Shown here piece by piece: positions 59,350 to 64,000 of a DNA stretch of 64,000 nucleotides (positions are counted from its first letter, which is position 1; every line of letters starts with the position of its first letter). Both the position numbers and the translations under genes were made by a program. The notes below the pieces were generated by a model that was given only the letters and a program-made list of their open reading frames with translations, was not told the origin of the DNA and ran no database searches. The DNA comes from an uncultured Bartonella sp. Its GTDB lineage: Bacteria; Pseudomonadota; Alphaproteobacteria; Rhizobiales; Rhizobiaceae. The stretch is from positions 2,544-66,543 of the forward strand of contig NZ_CALYQK010000002.1 in NCBI RefSeq assembly GCF_945285465.1, in the 5' to 3' direction.

Positions 59350-59976
59350 ATGTTCAAAAAAGCGATCGGTACTTTAGCTGCTATATGTTTTCTTCTTGTG
59401 CCATTTCCTTTAACAGCCGAGGCAGCCCGAATTTATAAAACTGTCAGCTACTACACATTGTCGGGCACAACGCCTGAACAATTGGATAAGGCATTGAGCC
59501 ACAACGGGCCTTACCTGAAAAGTACCGCCAGTCATCACCCCGGTGCCACAACGATCTCGTTCGACCCCAGACTCAAGCTTGTGCAGGATGGCAAATATTG
59601 CAAGGTTGCGTCTGTCAATGTTGATATCCATGCAAAAATGTCGCTTCCTCGATGGAAACAACGGGCCTCGACAAAGTCAATAGAAATGGCCCTTGTCTGG
59701 GACACTTTATCTCGCGACATAAAACGCCACGAGGAAAGCCATATTGTTATTGCTCGTGCACATGCAACAAAAATCGAACATGCAGTCAAAAGCCTTCCAT
59801 ATCGCTCTAATTGCAATCTTTTAAAACAGGATATAGAGAAAACAACTCGGAATATATTAGATGATCATGATAATGCCCAGAAAGAATTCGATCGCGTCGA
59901 AGCGATCAATTTTGACCATCGTTTTATAAACTTGCTCGTACAACGCTTGAAACAATTAGAACAGGCAAAAAACTGA
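59350..59976 (+). CDS. DUF922-family secreted putative Zn peptidase
   Basis: Signal peptide, LPRW, HEESH (HExxH). Divergent from folP as in Rhizobiales. Confidence 0.85.
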   Translation: MFKKAIGTLAAICFLLVPFPLTAEAARIYKTVSYYTLSGTTPEQLDKALSHNGPYLKSTASHHPGATTISFDPRLKLVQDGKYCKVASVNVDIHAKMSLPRWKQRASTKSIEMALVWDTLSRDIKRHEESHIVIARAHATKIEHAVKSLPYRSNCNLLKQDIEKTTRNILDDHDNAQKEFDRVEAINFDHRFINLLVQRLKQLEQAKN

Positions 59977-60230
59977 CAGCTTAAAGATTTTTGCCGTAAA
60001 CTTTTTATGGCGCATAAAACAGATATTTACCCGCAAAAGACAAAAAATTACCAGAGATAACGGCAAAAAAGCGTAAAAACGATGCAAGTGAGCGAGTCGG
60101 TTCTTTTCAATTTTAGAAACGTTCGGTGCAAAACCGGTGTAAAAATTTGGCGTGATATCAGCCAGAAAGGTATATTCGGTTTTTCAACCATGTTTTCGTT
60201 GCCTTGCCGGTAAATTACCACACCAATATG

Positions 60231-60554
60231 CTAGCTCTGTCGCACAGGGATATAAACAACGAGCCCGTTCAGGCTTTCATCGAGAACAATTTGGCAGGAA
60301 AGTCTTGAATTTTCACGTCTTTCATAGGCAAAGTCAAGCATATCGTCTTCCATCGCATTAGGCTCCCCCACCCTGTCGCGCCAATTTTCATCAATAAACA
60401 CCTGACACGTTGCACAAGAACATGCACCACCACATTCGGCAAGAATGCCCGGTACATTGTTTTCCACAGCGGCTTCCATTAATGTGAGACCGGCAACACT
60501 ATCCACAGCAAATTCTTGTCGATCGTGCTCGGCTATGAACAAAACATGTACCAA
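60231..60554 (-). CDS. 2Fe-2S ferredoxin (adrenodoxin/putidaredoxin type)
   Basis: ECGGACSCATC, E.DML, SRLSCQ. Start TTG 60554 (GTG 60563 alternative). Confidence 0.92.
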   Translation of the reverse strand: MVHVLFIAEHDRQEFAVDSVAGLTLMEAAVENNVPGILAECGGACSCATCQVFIDENWRDRVGEPNAMEDDMLDFAYERRENSRLSCQIVLDESLNGLVVYIPVRQS

Positions 60555-60621
60555 TTGAAACACCCTAACATTTTGTTATTTAACGATTTTATTAATTTTT
60601 TAACAGGTTTAATCAAACTCT

Positions 60622-60637
60622 GTTAACTTTATCTTAA
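60622..60637 (-). promoter_or_regulatory. CtrA-binding consensus TTAA-N7-TTAAC
   Basis: Plus strand GTTAA-CTTTATC-TTAA in the ferredoxin / GPR-like divergent spacer, with several further TTAA half-sites at 60580-60612. Confidence 0.55.
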
Positions 60638-60753
60638 AAGTTTTCAAACTTTAGCCAAGAATATATTCCTTTCTAATCCCTTAAAGGTTAGGATAGGAAG
60701 GCTTTATTGAAAGTTCCACCGTCTTTCAATGTGTATAGAGTAAAGAGGCTAAG

Positions 60754-63700
60754 ATGGCACGCAGAACAAAGGCAGAAAAAATTGAAGGCGAGGTCGAGGA
60801 AGCGCTCGCACAAGCTTTAGACTTTAATTTTGACAGTGCCACCACGAAAGACAGTGTTGTACAATCGACCAGCGGCCTCATTGATCTTGACGATCTTGCC
60901 TTGCAAATTGCGCAGGCAACCGAGGAACTTGCGGCAGAAACTGCACCGGGTCTCAAAAATAAGGATGAGGCGACACCAGCAGTAGATGATTCGGTGGCAG
61001 AAAGTCTGTTCGGTACAAAACCTGCACGCGAATCAACCGGTGGAACGGTGCACGACACGATGGTTGTCAACAAGCCTCGTCCTGCCAATGACGATCTTGA
61101 TCTTGTAACGGCACGCGGCAAGATTTCTAATAAACCTTCACGTATTTATTGGAGTACAACAGCGTTAAGTGCGCTCTGGGCAACCGGTGGTGCCTATGTT
61201 GCAAGTACTCTGGCTCCTGCTGGCCTTGCTGCATTTGCCGCCACACCAGTGGGAATGGCCGTGGCAGCGGGCACTGCTGTTCCAATTTTGATGTTCTGGG
61301 GTTTTGCACAACTATCCAAGCGGTCATCCGAGTTGAAAAATATCGCTGCAACTGTAAGCGATGCCGCCCTTCGCCTCAGTCGGCAACAAACGCCGAATGA
61401 AGACCAAATGGCATTACTCGGCAAAACAATCAGCCAAGAGGTAAGCGCTATGAATGAAGGTATTAAGCGTACCTTATCAAGCGCGGTCGAACTGGAAGCT
61501 TTGCTTCAAGGGGAAGTCCAGAACCTTGAGCGTGCCTATAGTGAAAATGAGACTCGTATTCATAGTCTGATTAGTGAATTGGCGAATGAGCGCAATGCCA
61601 TCCTTGGCCATGCAGACAGGGTTCAATCGACCATTCATGGAACTCAGGATCAACTGAGCAAGGAATTCGGTGAAATTACCTCAAATATTGCTTCTAACGT
61701 TGAAAATGTCACAAAAACGCTCACCGAAACTCTTCAGCAACAGGGCAATGATCTCGTTGCCAAGTTAACCCAGGTCGGCCAAGGTGTAAGTGGCAATCTT
61801 GCCGATAAATTCCGGAAAACAGCAGAAGAATTACAAAAGCAAAATTCCCAGCTTTATCATAATCTTGAGCAAAGTGTGGCTGTTGCAAGCGAACGATTTG
61901 AAAAAAATAGCAAAATCATATTCTCGACCTTTAATGAAGGTGCAGCCGAAGCCGAGCGACATGCCGAGGAACTCGGCCAACGTATGCAGGCAGCAACAAA
62001 TCGTGCTTTATCGGATTTTGATGAAAAAATTTCAAACCTTAATGATCGTGCCCAAAACCTGAATTCGAGCTTTGGTAATGCAACCGAGGCGGCGATCTCA
62101 GCATTTGAAAAGCGTCTTTCCGAAGTTGATAGCTCTTTGGCAGAACGCGGCAACTCAATTATCAATTCGTTTATTACACGCGCTCAAACTCTCGAAGAGA
62201 ACACCGAAAAGCTTGGTGGAATTCTCGATGCACGAGCTAATCAGATAAATGAAACGCTCAAAGAGCGAACCATAGAAATTGCCAATACTTTTACGTCCGG
62301 TCGCAACAACTTCTTGTCCATCATTGACGATGGCAAAAAACTATTAACCGATGAAGTAAACAGTTTGGATTTCTCGTTGGGTGAAATGCTCAAAAATCGT
62401 TCGCAAGAGTTTAAAGCCGAACTTGCCGAAGGACGCGAGCAAATTGCCGAAATGCTCGGTGGAGAAACCGACAAACTTTCTGAAACGGTAAAAAATCAGA
62501 TAGATATTTTATCAGATCATATCAGCGGAATAGAACAATTATTACAAAAAAATCTCGAAACGCTCGACCAGCATTCGCAAGATCATGTCGAAAGCATTGA
62601 AAAGCGTACCACGGCTTTACAGGCAGCAATTGAAAAAAGTTTTGAAACTGCAAACGAATTGTTGGATACGCAGTCCAAAAATATCGATATCAGGGCTGAT
62701 GCTTTAAGAGATTCCCTGACTATCAACAGTTCGGCTCTTAATGAAGTTCTCGCCGATCAGGCACGTGCGCTTGACGAACGTATTGAAAATATCAAGCAGA
62801 TTATTGCCAAGGGTGATTTGGAATTTAGCGAAACCGTCGGCAATCAAGTGCTTTTGGTCAAAGATGCCATCACAAGTAATAATGAGACATTAAAATCGAC
62901 CTTTGCCGGTCATTTAGAGACATTGAAAAATCACACCGAACTTCTTGAAAAAGCTCTGACCGTTTCAAACGACTCGTTACTGGCATCCGTCGACGAGCGC
63001 ATGGGAACGATGCATCAAAATTTGGTGACGAGCTCTAACACAATTAATGAACGCGCCAAACAGTTGGAATACAACCTCACCCATACTTTGGGCGAAGTCA
63101 ACCAGACATTGCAGGTCCAGAGCACTTTATTAGGCCAACAAGCAAACGAACTTAAAAATATTGTCGCTGCGAATAATGAAGGAATAACGCGGTCTTTCAG
63201 CGAGCAAACGGCAATATTGGAGGAACGTGCTGAAACGATGCGTAATGCGTTGAATATTGGTGTAACCAATGTCAAAGCCGCTTTGGAAAATTCTGCACTT
63301 TCACTCAGCGCAAGTTTGCGCGATAATATTTCTGTTGCCTCAGAAATATTCACTGATAAAGCCCAACAAGCTGCCGAACTCATTTCCCAAACAGGTGGTA
63401 ATCTTGTCGGAAGCCTTTCTTCAGAAACTGATAAAGCCTATTCGCTATTGAATGATACAAGCACTAAACTGGTCAATAATATAGCACAAGCCTCACAGGC
63501 CGCCTCGAATATGATTTCAACGGCTGGCAACGGAATTGCCACTTCACTCGCAGAACAGACTGAAAAAGCCCAGTCGGTACTGTCCAATTCAAACGAAACT
63601 TTGACCGTTTCGCTCAGCAATGTTGCCGATCGGGCTTCTGCCCTTATTGCCCAATCGGGAAATCAGGTTGTAACTTCGTTCAATAACGAGGCTGGCAAAC

Positions 63701-64000
63701 TTCAATCCAGATTTGCCGATATCAGCGATGGTATTTTGTCTACACTCAATAGCGAGACTGACAAAGTTCATGCAAACATTGCCAACGTTGGCAAACAATT
63801 TGTGGTGTCTTTTGCTGATGTCGCTGTTAAAGCTGAAAGCGTGCTTTCCGCTTCCGGGAAACGTGCGGTGGCCAGTTTGACGGAGCAATCCGACAACATC
63901 GGTAAGACTTTAGCTGCTGCTGGCGATGGCATTCTTTCTTCTCTTGATAATAAAATAAATGATGCTGCCAATCGTTTTAATGAGGCAGGTCAAACATTGG
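60754..64000 (+). CDS. Large membrane-anchored apolipoprotein-repeat polar growth protein (GPR/RgsE-like), truncated by the window end
   Basis: Frame starting at ATG 60754 (GAGG RBS) reads open wherever I translated it, including the last ~500 nt. Missing from the ORF track, consistent with no stop in the window. PANDD motif, two TM helices, EVSAMNEGI.R....A.ELE.L...EV..LE..Y..NE.R block, amphipathic 22-aa periodicity. Confidence 0.85.
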   Translation, partial: MARRTKAEKIEGEVEEALAQALDFNFDSATTKDSVVQSTSGLIDLDDLALQIAQATEELAAETAPGLKNKDEATPAVDDSVAESLFGTKPARESTGGTVHDTMVVNKPRPANDDLDLVTARGKISNKPSRIYWSTTALSALWATGGAYVASTLAPAGLAAFAATPVGMAVAAGTAVPILMFWGFAQLSKRSSELKNIAATVSDAALRLSRQQTPNEDQMALLGKTISQEVSAMNEGIKRTLSSAVELEALLQGEVQNLERAYSENETRIHSLISELANERNAILGHADRVQSTIHGTQDQLSKEFGEITSNIASNVENVTKTLTETLQQQGNDLVAKLTQVGQGVSGNLADKFRKTAEELQKQNSQLYHNLEQSVAVASERFEKNSKIIFSTFNEGAAEAERHAEELGQRMQAATNRALSDFDEKISNLNDRAQNLNSSFGNATEAAISAFEKRLSEVDSSLAERGNSIINSFITRAQTLEENTEKLGGILDARANQINETLKERTIEIANTFTSGRNNFLSIIDDGKKLLTDEVNSLDFSLGEMLKNRSQEFKAELAEGREQIAEMLGGETDKLSETVKNQIDILSDHISGIEQLLQKNLETLDQHSQDHVESIEKRTTALQAAIEKSFETANELLDTQSKNIDIRADALRDSLTINSSALNEVLADQARALDERIENIKQIIAKGDLEFSETVGNQVLLVKDAITSNNETLKSTFAGHLETLKNHTELLEKALTVSNDSLLASVDERMGTMHQNLVTSSNTINERAKQLEYNLTHTLGEVNQTLQVQSTLLGQQANELKNIVAANNEGITRSFSEQTAILEERAETMRNALNIGVTNVKAALENSALSLSASLRDNISVASEIFTDKAQQAAELISQTGGNLVGSLSSETDKAYSLLNDTSTKLVNNIAQASQAASNMISTAGNGIATSLAEQTEKAQSVLSNSNETLTVSLSNVADRASALIAQSGNQVVTSFNNEAGKLQSRFADISDGILSTLNSETDKVHANIANVGKQFVVSFADVAVKAESVLSASGKRAVASLTEQSDNIGKTLAAAGDGILSSLDNKINDAANRFNEAGQTL

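Noticed and set aside
60112-60128. Irr ICE-like motif TTTAGAAACGTTC
   Set aside because: The right half is incomplete and it lies between two gene 3' ends.
60726-63971. Multiple minus-strand and off-frame ORFs in the last 3.2 kb
   Set aside because: They are shadows of the long plus-strand GPR-like gene.
1-64000. CRISPR array, IS elements, prophage genes, and the many short antisense ORFs in the track
   Set aside because: No repeat-spacer periodicity and no transposase, integrase or phage proteins were recognised. The antisense ORFs lie within well-supported genes and show no motifs.

Overview
This is a 64-kb chromosomal segment of a Hyphomicrobiales (Rhizobiales) alphaproteobacterium. It is most consistent with a gut-symbiont Bartonella (B. 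apis-like). That assignment is inferred from a Bartonella-like gltA/gltX/comEC block plus retained ilvIH, hom, metC and cob genes, and was not checked against a database. Content is mostly core genes: bfr (3' end), glpX, hom, an aminotransferase, an M15 peptidase, tRNA-Glu, a heme monooxygenase, adhP, aapJQMP, metC, dnaE, recG, glmSU, ccdA, mprF/lpiA-virJ/atvA, cstA-yjiX, comEC, gltX, gltA, a RecD-like helicase, ilvIH, hfq-hflX, cobL/cobGHIJ, folP-folK, a ferredoxin and the 5' part of a large GPR/RgsE-like polar-growth protein. I saw no transposase, integrase, prophage or CRISPR array. The best hidden signal lies in the dnaE-recG spacer. A promoter carrying an alphaproteobacterial LexA box (GAAC-N7-GAAC) precedes an unannotated 28-aa hydrophobic peptide directly upstream of dnaE, matching the Caulobacter sidA-dnaE SOS division-inhibitor layout. 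A downstream segment of that mRNA can pair with the peptide's own RBS. Other features missing from the ORF track or worth noting are an Ile/Leu/Val attenuator with an apparently leaderless leader peptide, a nitronate monooxygenase pseudogene, a possibly xenologous cob cluster, folP-folK without folB, and a CtrA box upstream of the GPR-like gene.
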